64,000 nucleotides of DNA from the NCBI GenBank assembly GCA_964627805.1, contig CAZVLA010000004.1:5310-69309 (forward strand), read 5' to 3'. Position numbers and translations under genes: made by a program. Each line of letters opens with the position of its first letter. The stretch's first letter is position 1. The stretch is from an uncultured Desulfurococcaceae archaeon (GTDB lineage: Archaea; Thermoproteota; Thermoprotei_A; Sulfolobales; NBVN01). Of this stretch, positions 51,151 to 60,580 are shown piece by piece. The notes below the pieces were generated by a model that did no database searches, had not been told where the DNA came from, and saw nothing but the letters and a program-made list of their open reading frames with translations.

Positions 51151-52194
51151 TCACAGTATTTTAACTATTTCGTAAAGACCGTTAAGGGCTAAGAAAATAC
51201 CTAAGTATGTAGGCACTTTACTTAAACCGCTTCTATTTAGTGTGAACTCCCTACCTAGAAATGAGACCTTACCAAGTGGTTCAACACCCTTCCTAGGTTT
51301 TACCAATACGTGTCCCTTCCAAGGAGCTATCTCAGTAGAGTACTTAAAGCTAAGTAACTCACTCTCACTTCCCAGTAGTATCGCAGGTAAGCCTGACTTA
51401 CCATTTATGCTTCCTGGTATTCTAATTAAGCGTGAGACGTCCTGAGTTACTTGCTCATCTATCTCAACACTTAACTTCCTAACACCTTCAATTACGTCCT
51501 CATGCGTGAAATCATCATTAAGCAAGCCCTCCCTAACTAACCTACCTGCCCAACCACCATCTATGGAATCCAATACTATCCTTGCCTTAACCCTCCCCCT
51601 CCTTATGGGTTTAGGTAGTGGAGATAATCTCTCCGGGTCGATACCCACTCCCTTAATGTAGTCAACTAATTCTCTTCTTTGATAACTACTTAACTTAAGC
51701 CAGTCATCATCCTTAGGTCTAACGACTGTATGGAACCCCCTATTACCGCTGAAGTATATCATTATCTCGTCATTAGTGAATCCGAAGTCGTGTTTAAGTA
51801 TGTCTATTAGTCTTAATTCATGCTCTTTAGCTAACTCTATACATTCATTACTAATAAACTCAATAGACTTACCTCCTACCTCTACCTTCTCTACATCACA
51901 TCCAGGTATGTGATCAGCATCAATGTCGAACATTAACTCACTACCCAACCAACCCTTCTCCTCCATCCTCTCAGCTGCTGGGTCTCTATAGATAGCTGAT
52001 GAGTAGTATGCCTGCCTAGGTGTTTTACTTACTAAGTAATTACGTAGGAGTGCTTCGTTCTGGAATGAGAGGTGCCTAACATAAACACCTTTCTCATACG
52101 TTTGAAAAGCGAATTCGCGTAGCATAAAATCCTTAGGTAAGTACAGCTTAGCTGAGGTGTAGTACTCCCTAAGTAGGTCCCTAAGAAGATCCAT
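51151..52194 (-). CDS. priS: DNA primase small (catalytic) subunit PriS
   Basis: REFAFQ..., catalytic ELMFDIDADH, FSGNRGFH, and RIPGSINGKSG. Confidence 0.85.
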   Translation of the reverse strand: MDLLRDLLREYYTSAKLYLPKDFMLREFAFQTYEKGVYVRHLSFQNEALLRNYLVSKTPRQAYYSSAIYRDPAAERMEEKGWLGSELMFDIDADHIPGCDVEKVEVGGKSIEFISNECIELAKEHELRLIDILKHDFGFTNDEIMIYFSGNRGFHTVVRPKDDDWLKLSSYQRRELVDYIKGVGIDPERLSPLPKPIRRGRVKARIVLDSIDGGWAGRLVREGLLNDDFTHEDVIEGVRKLSVEIDEQVTQDVSRLIRIPGSINGKSGLPAILLGSESELLSFKYSTEIAPWKGHVLVKPRKGVEPLGKVSFLGREFTLNRSGLSKVPTYLGIFLALNGLYEIVKIL

Positions 52195-52949
52195 TACTCC
52201 ACCCTAGGTGCTACGTAGTAGTTTACTTTGGCCCCTTGAACGTAGTTAAGTTCTAGGTGTAGCGGCATGTCAGTATCTGCTTGAATTACTACAGTATCTG
52301 CTAACTTAATGGGTTGCTTCATGTAGCTTAAGTACTCCATACCGTAGGTAACTGAAAATCCTGGATTCCCAACATTAGCCTCATCCAGCGTACCTCTCTC
52401 AATATCTAAGACGATCTCAGCCTCACCTAAGTCACTAATTGATTGTAGCTTTATGCTCCTTTCATCACCTGTTATCTTAAGTACATCGCCTACGTCCTCA
52501 ATAGCCTTAACAGCTTCGTGAAGTACGCTACCCCCTACCTTGTACGTGTTCTTATACTCAATACTTAACTCAGGTATTTCCTCAGCTGTAGCCTCTGACT
52601 GTAGAGGTAGTTTAAAGTATCTAGGAACGCCTCTACGCTCAAACATGAAAGTTATTGATGATTGATCCCAATCAATACCTATCTTATCATCCTTCTCTGC
52701 AGTCCTCATTATCTTACTCATGTCCTCGATGTTGAGGATTAGTTTAACGTCCTCGCTAACCTCGAAGGCGTCAAAGCCTTCTCTAGGGATTATCAACTCC
52801 ACTAATGCTGTCCTTGAGGGATCCATTGCCTTGAATTTCAAGCCCTCACTACTTACCTCAAGAAGCCCTACCTCAACGAACTTGCCCGTAGCTGCTATTA
52901 AGTACCTCCATAACCTAGCGTCTGCGAATAATAGCTTCATATACTGCAC
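52194..52949 (-). CDS. pcn: DNA polymerase sliding clamp PCNA
   Basis: About 248 aa with a two-domain repeat pattern (..GLKFKAMDPSRTALVELIIP.. / ..IKLQSISDLGEAEIVL..). 1-nt stop/start overlap with priS. Confidence 0.85.
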   Translation of the reverse strand: MQYMKLLFADARLWRYLIAATGKFVEVGLLEVSSEGLKFKAMDPSRTALVELIIPREGFDAFEVSEDVKLILNIEDMSKIMRTAEKDDKIGIDWDQSSITFMFERRGVPRYFKLPLQSEATAEEIPELSIEYKNTYKVGGSVLHEAVKAIEDVGDVLKITGDERSIKLQSISDLGEAEIVLDIERGTLDEANVGNPGFSVTYGMEYLSYMKQPIKLADTVVIQADTDMPLHLELNYVQGAKVNYYVAPRVE

Positions 52950-53027
52950 CGATTAATGTCTACCTTAGATTACTTATATAACTACCTCAGTAAATTAGCG
53001 TGGTTAGGAATGAGAAAGACGTAGTAA

Positions 53028-53372
53028 CTACTCGTACTCACGCCATACATGACCGCATTTAGTGCATTTATATATCCTCGTAGGCGGTTCATCAGCTCTC
53101 CTAGTCTGTATTATCTTGTAGTAAGCCTCGTCATGACCGCACTTAGGGCACTTAACACCCCTCATCTTAGGTACCCCCTTAAAGATCTCCTCAACATCAA
53201 TGACGTAGGTCCTCTCAACCTCCTTCCTATGCTGCACCCTCCTCTTGAGTAAGAGTGGTGCTGGGTTCGACTTACTAGCGTCTACTTCATAACCACATCT
53301 AGGACATACAAGTACTGTCCTATCACCTTTTCTCCTAGGTACCATAATACTACCGCATTTAGGGCAGAACAC
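53028..53372 (-). CDS. tfs: transcription cleavage factor TFS
   Basis: N-ribbon MFCPKCGSIMVP..CPRCGYE and C-ribbon CPKCGHDEAYYKIIQTRRADEPPTRIYKCTKCGHVW with the acidic RADEP tip. Confidence 0.9.
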   Translation of the reverse strand: MFCPKCGSIMVPRRKGDRTVLVCPRCGYEVDASKSNPAPLLLKRRVQHRKEVERTYVIDVEEIFKGVPKMRGVKCPKCGHDEAYYKIIQTRRADEPPTRIYKCTKCGHVWREYE

Positions 53373-53390
53373 CCCTCACTCACCCCCGAA

Positions 53391-53759
53391 TTACTGTGTT
53401 AAAGAGCTTGCAGAGGTTATTAGCTTAACTAACTCACTCACTAACCTCCTCATGAACAAGCAGGAATTAATGAGTACCCCCTCAGTACTTGGGAGTAACC
53501 TCTCACTAATTAGTTCCGGTAAATCTCTACAATCCCTACCACTCAAATTAACCCAAAACCTAACCTCCCGAAACCTAGGATTACTCCTCAACCACTCAGT
53601 AACACTACCCAAATCACCGAACCTCAATCCCAGATCCTCAAAACCCTTAACACCCCTAACAACAGCATATAGGACAGCCTTAAGGCCATTAGCTAAAGTA
53701 AACTCAAGAAGCAACATAAACCTAACCTCACTCTTAAGGGGCTGCTTAACCTCAGACAC
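53391..53759 (-). CDS. hypothetical protein
   Basis: 122-aa ORF. The plus strand here is almost devoid of G, so the minus strand carries G/T-rich GTT/AGG/GGT codons. No family recognised. Confidence 0.35.
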   Translation of the reverse strand: MSEVKQPLKSEVRFMLLLEFTLANGLKAVLYAVVRGVKGFEDLGLRFGDLGSVTEWLRSNPRFREVRFWVNLSGRDCRDLPELISERLLPSTEGVLINSCLFMRRLVSELVKLITSASSLTQ

Positions 53760-53788
53760 GATACTACCGAAAGCAACATACTAACAAC

Positions 53789-53801
53789 AAAATAAAATAT
53801 A
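53789..53801 (+). promoter_or_regulatory. TATA-box-like element for tRNA-Arg
   Basis: AAATAAAATATAC lies 24-36 nt upstream of tRNA position 1. Confidence 0.35.
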
Positions 53802-53824
53802 CAACCCAAAACCAAGAACAGATA

Positions 53825-53902
53825 GGGCCCGTGGCCTAGCCAGGAGAGGGCGCCGGCCTTCGGAGCCGGAGACCCCGGGTTCAAATCCCGGCGGGCCCGC
53901 CA
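53825..53902 (+). tRNA. tRNA-Arg(TCG), intron-less, CCA encoded
   Basis: Hand-folded, 75 nt plus CCA. Acceptor GGGCCCG/CGGGCCC, D stem GCCT/GGGC, anticodon stem CCGGC/GCCGG with loop CTTCGGA, T arm CCGGG-TTCAAAT-CCCGG. Confidence 0.85.
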
Positions 53903-53957
53903 CATAAAATACCCTAAATATAAGTTTTTCGAAGCGTCCCAGGTAAGTTTTTATACC

Positions 53958-53974
53958 TCTGGGACTGTCCCAGA
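53958..53974. repeat. perfect 8-1-8 palindrome TCTGGGAC-T-GTCCCAGA upstream of the integrase start
   Basis: Read directly. Further GTCCCAG/GGGAC copies are at 53936-53942 and 53990-53994. TAAGTTTTT is duplicated at 53921-53929 and 53945-53953. Confidence 0.6.
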
Positions 53975-53987
53975 CTCATGATGGGAA

Positions 53988-55344
53988 ATGGGACAAGGGC
54001 ATTGCGTACTGGAGGAATGGCAAGCACGTGAGGTGCTTCATAAACTCTACCGGCAATACGGAAGCGTGAGAAAACTAGCCGAGGCACTCGGAGCGAGTAA
54101 ATCCTCGACCCACCGCTGGCTGAAGGGCGAGTCGATACTGGTTCTCATCCGCATGAAGCTATGTGAAATGCTACCAGAGGAAGAGCTGGTCCAGATACTG
54201 AAGGGCCCCGAGCTCCTCCGAAAATACGGCCTGGTTGACGAGGAGGGGAGGCTCAACAAGCCACTCGTTCTCGCCCTGATAGACGCGCTGATGCAAGACG
54301 AGGCGCTGAAGGATGAGGTGTTAAACTACCTGTTAAAGTACTATAAGCGAGACCTCCAGGAGCGGTTAAGCGAAATCTTGCCCAAGATAGTTCTGGAGTG
54401 GAGCCCTGACTTCGAGCGCTGGCTCACAGAGAAGAAGAGCAAGCCTATTTCCGAGCGAACACTGCGCGACTACCGTAACCTCTGGTATAGATGTCTTGAA
54501 GGCAAGGTGTTGGGGTGGCACCTGCTTAAACAGTTGGAAGGAAACAAAATGCTCTGCAACGATGGCAAATATCATCCTACGGGGTGGGCTCGTCAAATAT
54601 TCAGACACTACATTAGGTATCTATATGCAAGCGGGAAGCTTGACTGGGATACCTACTCGCGTCTATTACTAGTTGTGCCCGGGAGGCGTTACGGTCGCAG
54701 GGTTAGCCAGAAGGTTGTCCGCGAATAGGACGTTATCGCGACTATAAGGAAGCTTGATGAGGCTGGGCGCGGCGATATCCTCACACTCTACCTCTTAATC
54801 CTTGGGTCGGGTGTCCGGTTTCTTCACGTGCTTGAGGCGCTTAACAACTGGAATCCCGAGGAAGAGCTATATGTACCCTATCTCAATAGAAACATTAAGC
54901 GGCTCGAATGCTTCGATGAATTCTGCCGGTACTACCTCGGCAAGGAAAAACAGTATCAAGCCAGCGGGCTTCATATACTTCCCCCGAATCATCCTACCAC
55001 TAGTCAAGACATTCGCAGGAAAGCTCCCGAACCGTCGCCGAATAGAGAAGGTAGTGAAGAAGCTTAACGGGCTGCCTCCAAAATACATCCGTATCTTCGC
55101 ACTAAGAGAAATGAAGCGAATCCTTGGCGATAACGATGTGTATAAATTCATAGTCGGGAAGTTCGGCGAACTTACGGTTTCAGCAAGGCACTACATGGAT
55201 TTACTAGAAGAGGCTGACAAGGTTTACCCGAAATACATCGGGCGATGGAGTGAGGTTGTGAGAAGAGGGATTGGACCCGACGTTGAATCCGGCGATGTTA
55301 TCGTGCTTGTGCCGAAGAAGGAGGAAACGGACCGCAGACTGTAA
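53988..55344 (+). pseudogene. tyrosine recombinase/integrase, disrupted (in-frame TAG 54726-54728 plus a frameshift near A5 run 54946-54950)
   Basis: Three track ORFs join into one integrase. 53988-54728 holds an N-terminal HTH (SVRKLAEALGASKSSTHRWL) and a SAM-like domain (ISERTLRDYRNLWYRCL). Reading through the TAG in the same frame gives ..ILTLYLLILGSGVRFLHVLEAL (box I Arg). After a frame change come KPAGFIYFPRII..., YIRIFALREM and GELTVSARHY (box II with the Tyr nucleophile). Confidence 0.6.
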
Positions 55345-55602
55345 AGCCTTGCCCGCGCCCAGTTTTAAGTAGTCGTGCTTCATGTAGGAGAGGTGGCTAC
55401 TGCTGAACGACACTTCCCCGATTCTAGTTCATACACCTAAACACAATGCCGTAGTATGGTTATCTCGTCCTCCCCCTAGTTCAGCAACAAGTTTCCCCAT
55501 TTCATCACTTTAAAAGCATGCACACTTTATTAGGATTTAAGAGATAAAGCAACGAAATATGCATTCATGTGTTTTCATTAACTTATATCATGAAATGAAG
55601 GA

Positions 55603-55947
55603 TTATAGTGGATGTTTAAACCTTATATAAACAGAGTTTATAATCCGGCTTTCAAGTCTTGCTATCTCTTCTCTGGAATACAGCTTTTCCATTTCCTCCC
55701 AGAATCTTTTATCGTGCTGTATTGAGCCCGTTTTATAGTGTGCAAGTTCATGTATTAAGATGTACTTCAGGGATTCATCGTCAAGCTCGTGTACGATGTA
55801 CTTGTTCAATCGTATAGTCTTGGTTTTAAACGATATTGACGCTATTTTACGTTTCATTGGATAAAGCACTACACGTAGGCCGTTATCCTCTATTCCCCAA
55901 AGCTCCATAGCTTCGCGAAGCAACTTCTCAATTCTTTGTTTTGTCAC
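55603..55947 (-). CDS. DUF45/M48-like zinc metallopeptidase (YgjP-like)
   Basis: Contains the HExxH motif in ILIHELAHYKTGSIQHDKRFWEEM. It overlaps the hsdR 3' end by 20 nt on the same strand. Confidence 0.7.
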   Translation of the reverse strand: MTKQRIEKLLREAMELWGIEDNGLRVVLYPMKRKIASISFKTKTIRLNKYIVHELDDESLKYILIHELAHYKTGSIQHDKRFWEEMEKLYSREEIARLESRIINSVYIRFKHPL

Positions 55948-58900
55948 TTTTAATCACCCGCTCTATCTCGGGTGAGACAAATTCTTCGATAAGCTTGTCA
56001 GCAAGTTTAGCGAGCTCATTTGGAGGAACTAGTCCTTTGAGCTCTCTAATTAGGTCAGATAGTAATGCCTTAGCAAGCTTCTTTTTATCTGAAGGTTTTA
56101 GGAACCCGGCCTTCTTTGATGATAATAGCCTTCCTATAGTTCTTTTTGTGTTAGTTAGTTTCAGACGTAGCTTGGTTTCCTTTAGCACTTCAGTAGATAT
56201 GTAAATGCTGATAGCTTCAACCATTCTATCCTCTAAAGCCTTTCCAGAAACCCTCCTATCGTACTCAAGTTTCTGCTCGTGAAGGGCCTTTAGCTGTGCT
56301 AGGAAAGTCTTTAAATCTATTTTCCTCATTATCCATTGTCTTCTAAGCTCTTCAAGTCTTCTCATAATCTCTCTATAGATGGGGTCATGTGGATTGCTAG
56401 ATAGTATGCTTCTTAGATAGAAGTAGTAGTCGGCAACTATTCTTTGGATCTCACGTTTTGGCGGTGTAACCCTTAGTATGTTCTCTATAGTATCAACGTC
56501 TATCTCCACCTCGGCGATCTTATTGAACTCCTCAACTAGGGTCCTTGAGTAAATGAGCTGAGTAAGCTCCTTCCAGAACTCCTTATCGAGCCTAATACTT
56601 TTCCTCCTGATCTTCTTCAATATGCTACCATATATGAACGCTAATACTTGCATGTCTTCAACATAGAATAGTTTCTTTGGATGGGCTCCTAGGGATCTGT
56701 ATAGCTTAATAGCTCTACGCATATCGTTTACGAGACTCTTAGCTAATGCTACCTCTTCAGATGCTTCCATACTTGATGCATAGAGCGCTATTATACCGAT
56801 CTTCCTTTCAAATTCATCACGGTTAAACGTGTTATCACGTAGTTGTCTCTTAAGCTCGTCGATATCTATAGAAACATCCTCATTACCTAATCTAAGGTTT
56901 TTCAACCTATAGCTAATGCTCTTAAAGAGTTCTTCAAACTCCTCGACCTTCTTTTCTATTTCTACGAGTAGGTTTTCCTCAAAGTCTCTACGGATATCTT
57001 CTTCAGCGAGAAGATTATAGAGAGCGAGAGTCTTAGATAAATGCTCTAGAAGACCTACAGAGTCCACGATTAGTCCAAATTCTTTATCCCTATATGGTCT
57101 ATTCACTCTAGCAATAGCTTGTAGAAGCCTGTGCTCGTACAAGGGCTTGTCTAAGTACATCACCTTGAGCATCGGTGCATCAAAACCTGTTATCAGCATA
57201 TCAGTTACAATCAGTATCTTAGGCTTATCCTCTTCCAGGAACCTTCTCTGGATCTCTCTGTTAACCTCGTTCATATCGCTGGTACCATATTTCTTTGCAA
57301 GTTCTTCGCGATACTCTATAATCTCCTTATCAGTATCATTATAGTTGTATGTCATTACGACTTCTACCCAGTCTTTCGCCTCATCACCATATTTTGCTAC
57401 TAGGTATTTCTCTAACGCACGTTTGTATCTAACGCATGCAACTCTATTAACTGCTACAACCATGGCCTTGAACTTGAAACCTTCAGTATCTTTCTCCAGC
57501 CTCTCAACAATATACTTAGCAAGCTTATCGATTCTCTCAGGATTCATTAGGAATACTCTGACTTTATTGATATACTTGCTTACCCGCTTATACATAGTGT
57601 CTAGATGCTCAGTAATGTCTATGCCTTTTTCACGTGCTCTCATGTATTCCTCTATGAATCCCTTAATCTCCTCCTCAGTAAGCTTAATCCTAATACCCTC
57701 TCCACCGACTTCCCCCTCACCAACAGCATGGTACACAAGCGGCAGTGTGAACCCATCTCTAATAGAGTCCCTTATAAAGTAGACATCGAGATAGTATTCA
57801 CCCTCGTGTGGATAAGCGAACTCGACGAAAGTGTTTCTCTCATGTTTGAATACTGGAGTCCCTGTGAATCCGAAGGCTAAAGCGTTTGGAAAAACTGTTT
57901 TCCTCATTGCGGCTAGGATGCCATACTGCGTTCTATGGGCTTCATCGATTAATAGAAGTATATTCCTGCTCTTGACTTGCCCCAGCCCGACAAGATACTC
58001 TAATTTTCCTTTCTCATCAAGCCTTTCGAGAGCCTTAATGTGCTTCTCGTACTCTTCAGGATTCTCCGATTTAAAGTATTCTAAATACTCCTCACCAAGC
58101 TCCCTCAAAAGATCCAAGAGCCCCTTAGCAAACTCTCTTTCCTCGGAGCTAGGCTCGCTCGCTCCCCTCCGAAACTTCTGGATCGTAGTAAGATAAACGC
58201 CGTAGGCTATGGTGCCTCCACGAAACTCGCTCTCCTTAATAACCCTTATCAGCTTGTGGAGCTCTTCTATGCTCTCAACTTTCTTGAATAATCTCTTAAA
58301 CTTTCCTTCCTCGATGGACTTGAGCATTCTTTCATGCTGTTCCTCAAGATCTCTCCTATCAACGATAAAGAAGACTACCGGTCTCTCATGCCAGTACTTG
58401 TCGAGGAACCAGTTAGCTATAAAGAACATAGTATATGTTTTACCGCTACCAAGCCAGTGCCAGATAAGCCCCTTATTCTTCTCCCCGCCCCCCATGTACT
58501 CGTCAATTCTGGCCATAGCCTTCTTGGCAGCATAATACTGGTTGTATCGCGCGACAATCTTGTCTAGAACACCTTCACGACCCCTACGATAGAACACGAA
58601 GTACTTGATAAACTCAAGAAGCCGTCTAGGCTCAAGAATATAAGTTACATCGAAACGCTCAACAACTTTCCCAGAAACATCCCTCTCCTTCACAACCCAC
58701 CTATAGATGGGTAAATCACGTTCAAACCTATCCCAATTGGGTAAGGTAGGAGTATACCTCTCCTCATCACCAACAGCAACACCAAACTGAACATACTTGA
58801 AAAGCTCAGGGCTATACATCTCGTAGCGACGGATCTGCTTAACAGCCTCAAGATAAGAGTATGGCTCAATAAGCCTCTTAACCTCGACGATAACAAGCGG

Positions 58901-59347
58901 TATACCATTAACGTATAGAGTTATGTCGGGCTTGATATTATCGGGAGAACCCCTAAACTTTGCCTCCCGAAGATAGAAAAAGACATTATTCTCGGGTTTC
59001 TCATAGTCTATAAGCCGTATACTCACCTTCCTCCTACGCTTTCTAAGATAAACCTCAACACCATACTTAAGGTAGTCAAGAACCCTAACCTCACTATCAC
59101 CACGAAGCCTATCCAAAACCTCGCGAAGAACCTCCTCTTCCTCCTCAACACTTAGATTAGCAAAAACATCGTAGTTAATCCTCCTAATAATATCCCTTAA
59201 TACCCTATCGAAGAATAGCGGAACAAGATCACCCTCCTCAAAATCAGTACCATACTTCCTCAAATACTCCTTACCATTAACCCAGCCCAAACGCTCAAGC
59301 TTAGTAACAAAACTCTCAACATCGACAATTTCGTATCGGACGCACAT
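55928..59347 (-). CDS. hsdR: Type I restriction enzyme R subunit
   Basis: 1139 aa. N-terminal PD-(D/E)xK nuclease (PDITLYVNGIPLVIVEVK), SF2 motor (WLGSGKTYTM, LLIDEAHRTQYG, GFTGTP, TDMLITGFDAP, QAIARVNR), and a long helical C-terminus. Confidence 0.9.
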   Translation of the reverse strand: MCVRYEIVDVESFVTKLERLGWVNGKEYLRKYGTDFEEGDLVPLFFDRVLRDIIRRINYDVFANLSVEEEEEVLREVLDRLRGDSEVRVLDYLKYGVEVYLRKRRRKVSIRLIDYEKPENNVFFYLREAKFRGSPDNIKPDITLYVNGIPLVIVEVKRLIEPYSYLEAVKQIRRYEMYSPELFKYVQFGVAVGDEERYTPTLPNWDRFERDLPIYRWVVKERDVSGKVVERFDVTYILEPRRLLEFIKYFVFYRRGREGVLDKIVARYNQYYAAKKAMARIDEYMGGGEKNKGLIWHWLGSGKTYTMFFIANWFLDKYWHERPVVFFIVDRRDLEEQHERMLKSIEEGKFKRLFKKVESIEELHKLIRVIKESEFRGGTIAYGVYLTTIQKFRRGASEPSSEEREFAKGLLDLLRELGEEYLEYFKSENPEEYEKHIKALERLDEKGKLEYLVGLGQVKSRNILLLIDEAHRTQYGILAAMRKTVFPNALAFGFTGTPVFKHERNTFVEFAYPHEGEYYLDVYFIRDSIRDGFTLPLVYHAVGEGEVGGEGIRIKLTEEEIKGFIEEYMRAREKGIDITEHLDTMYKRVSKYINKVRVFLMNPERIDKLAKYIVERLEKDTEGFKFKAMVVAVNRVACVRYKRALEKYLVAKYGDEAKDWVEVVMTYNYNDTDKEIIEYREELAKKYGTSDMNEVNREIQRRFLEEDKPKILIVTDMLITGFDAPMLKVMYLDKPLYEHRLLQAIARVNRPYRDKEFGLIVDSVGLLEHLSKTLALYNLLAEEDIRRDFEENLLVEIEKKVEEFEELFKSISYRLKNLRLGNEDVSIDIDELKRQLRDNTFNRDEFERKIGIIALYASSMEASEEVALAKSLVNDMRRAIKLYRSLGAHPKKLFYVEDMQVLAFIYGSILKKIRRKSIRLDKEFWKELTQLIYSRTLVEEFNKIAEVEIDVDTIENILRVTPPKREIQRIVADYYFYLRSILSSNPHDPIYREIMRRLEELRRQWIMRKIDLKTFLAQLKALHEQKLEYDRRVSGKALEDRMVEAISIYISTEVLKETKLRLKLTNTKRTIGRLLSSKKAGFLKPSDKKKLAKALLSDLIRELKGLVPPNELAKLADKLIEEFVSPEIERVIKSDKTKN

Positions 59348-59364
59348 AATGTCACCATGGTAAT

Positions 59365-60579
59365 TTAGTCGATAGGCGAATCCTTGACACGTACCTTACC
59401 AACGAGTAGGAGATTCATTAGACTATTCTTTAATTTTATAAGTATTTCTTTATGAATCGTCTCAGCTTTAAGAAGCTTATCAATCATTTCTAAGATTTCA
59501 GCTATCTTTATTTGTTCATCGAGGGAAGGTAACGGAATTTTTAAGCTTTCTAATAAGTTTCGCGTAATAACAGCATGCCCACCAGCAGCTCTATATGCCA
59601 TTTTTCTAAGATTAATCTTGATTAATGAATAATACAGGTATGGAGGATAGATCAGATCTTTACGGCATTGAATGTATAAAGCATTATCGCTAATCCATAC
59701 CTTCCCTTTAGCTAAATATACTTTGCCTACGCTCCCGGCACCAACTCTAGCTACTACGATAATAAATTCATCATCTACTAAATAGCTATCGGTATATCCA
59801 GCCAATCCTCCAGCACCAAATATAGGGAAGCCTCCTCTTTCAAGTATGATATGTGGTCTCTTGCCATGTTTAATAGTAGCAACCTCATGTAATTTAACTA
59901 CTTTCCATTCTTTTGGTATTTTTCCTATTTCTGTTTCCTTGTACTCCCTGTGTCCTATCCCATGAGTCATTAGGTAGTCTAGTAGTGCACGACGAAGCTC
60001 TTCAACCCTAGAGATGATAGTCTCAGTCTTAGCAATAGCTTCATCAACGGTATAAAGAATCCTAGCAATCTTACGTTGTTCATCAAGAGGAGGAAGAGGA
60101 ATTGAAACTTCGCCCAAACGCTTTAGCGAGATTTCCTTGTACGTGCTTCCTCCTGCAAGACTTTTTAGATAAGGCTTCATTATTTGGATCAAGTAGTAGT
60201 AGAATAACACATCTACTTTATTAGGTTCTTTGGGAATTAAGGCGACAATACCTTGGTTTATTGTAACCTCAATCTTGTTTATGGCACATTCTCCGATGGT
60301 GGCTCTTGTAGTTACAAGCAACGAATTCTTTGGAACAAGTTTTAATCTCTTAGACTCCATTCCCTTTTCTGTTAAATATTTGGATGTTCTCTCTAGGAAT
60401 ACCTGATCAGAGCGACTTAAAGTAGTTATGTCTGTAGGAGTGACAAACGGAATATCGCCATTCCAGTAGTCTGGCACTTTAGTCGAAGGTGTAGTACCTT
60501 TATAGAGATTAAATAGGTCTCTTATCTTGACTATTCTCCAGTCATCTGGTATTGTATTAAATCCTTGGTATAAAGCCAT
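59365..60579 (-). CDS. hsdS: Type I restriction-modification S (specificity) subunit
   Basis: Two target-recognition domains, each followed by a conserved helix (LPPLDEQRKIARIL... and LPSLDEQIKIAEIL...). It lies between hsdM and hsdR. Confidence 0.85.
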   Translation of the reverse strand: MALYQGFNTIPDDWRIVKIRDLFNLYKGTTPSTKVPDYWNGDIPFVTPTDITTLSRSDQVFLERTSKYLTEKGMESKRLKLVPKNSLLVTTRATIGECAINKIEVTINQGIVALIPKEPNKVDVLFYYYLIQIMKPYLKSLAGGSTYKEISLKRLGEVSIPLPPLDEQRKIARILYTVDEAIAKTETIISRVEELRRALLDYLMTHGIGHREYKETEIGKIPKEWKVVKLHEVATIKHGKRPHIILERGGFPIFGAGGLAGYTDSYLVDDEFIIVVARVGAGSVGKVYLAKGKVWISDNALYIQCRKDLIYPPYLYYSLIKINLRKMAYRAAGGHAVITRNLLESLKIPLPSLDEQIKIAEILEMIDKLLKAETIHKEILIKLKNSLMNLLLVGKVRVKDSPID

Positions 60580-60580
60580 G

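Noticed and set aside
53400-53820. About 400 nt with almost no G on the plus strand, considered as a structured ncRNA or low-complexity repeat
   Set aside because: The minus strand carries an uninterrupted 122-codon ORF using the host-typical GTT/AGG/GGT/GAG codons. The skew is explained by coding bias, and no internal repeat unit was found.
54726-54728. The in-frame TAG in the integrase read as programmed read-through or pyrrolysine
   Set aside because: Nothing in the window points to pyrrolysine decoding, and I know of none in Crenarchaeota. The same gene also carries a frameshift about 220 nt downstream, so simple decay is the more economical explanation.
53825-54728. An SSV-type integration in which the integrase gene is split by the att site within the tRNA
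   Set aside because: The integrase ORF starts 86 nt after the tRNA with its own ATG and upstream repeats. It does not overlap the tRNA, and both halves of the recombinase are adjacent. This fits an unsplit (pNOB8-type) arrangement.
54802-55344. 54802-55344 and 54828-55067 as two independent overlapping genes
   Set aside because: Their translations continue one another and the upstream ORF as consecutive tyrosine-recombinase blocks. They are treated as fragments of one pseudogene.
57147-58567. Chain of plus-strand ORFs (57147-57344, 57345-57782, 57605-57880, 57831-58196, 58209-58535, 58334-58567) inside the hsdR region
   Set aside because: They are antisense to a 1139-aa ORF with complete Type I R-subunit motifs. 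Their translations are Ser/Leu/Phe-rich low-complexity sequence typical of shadow frames.
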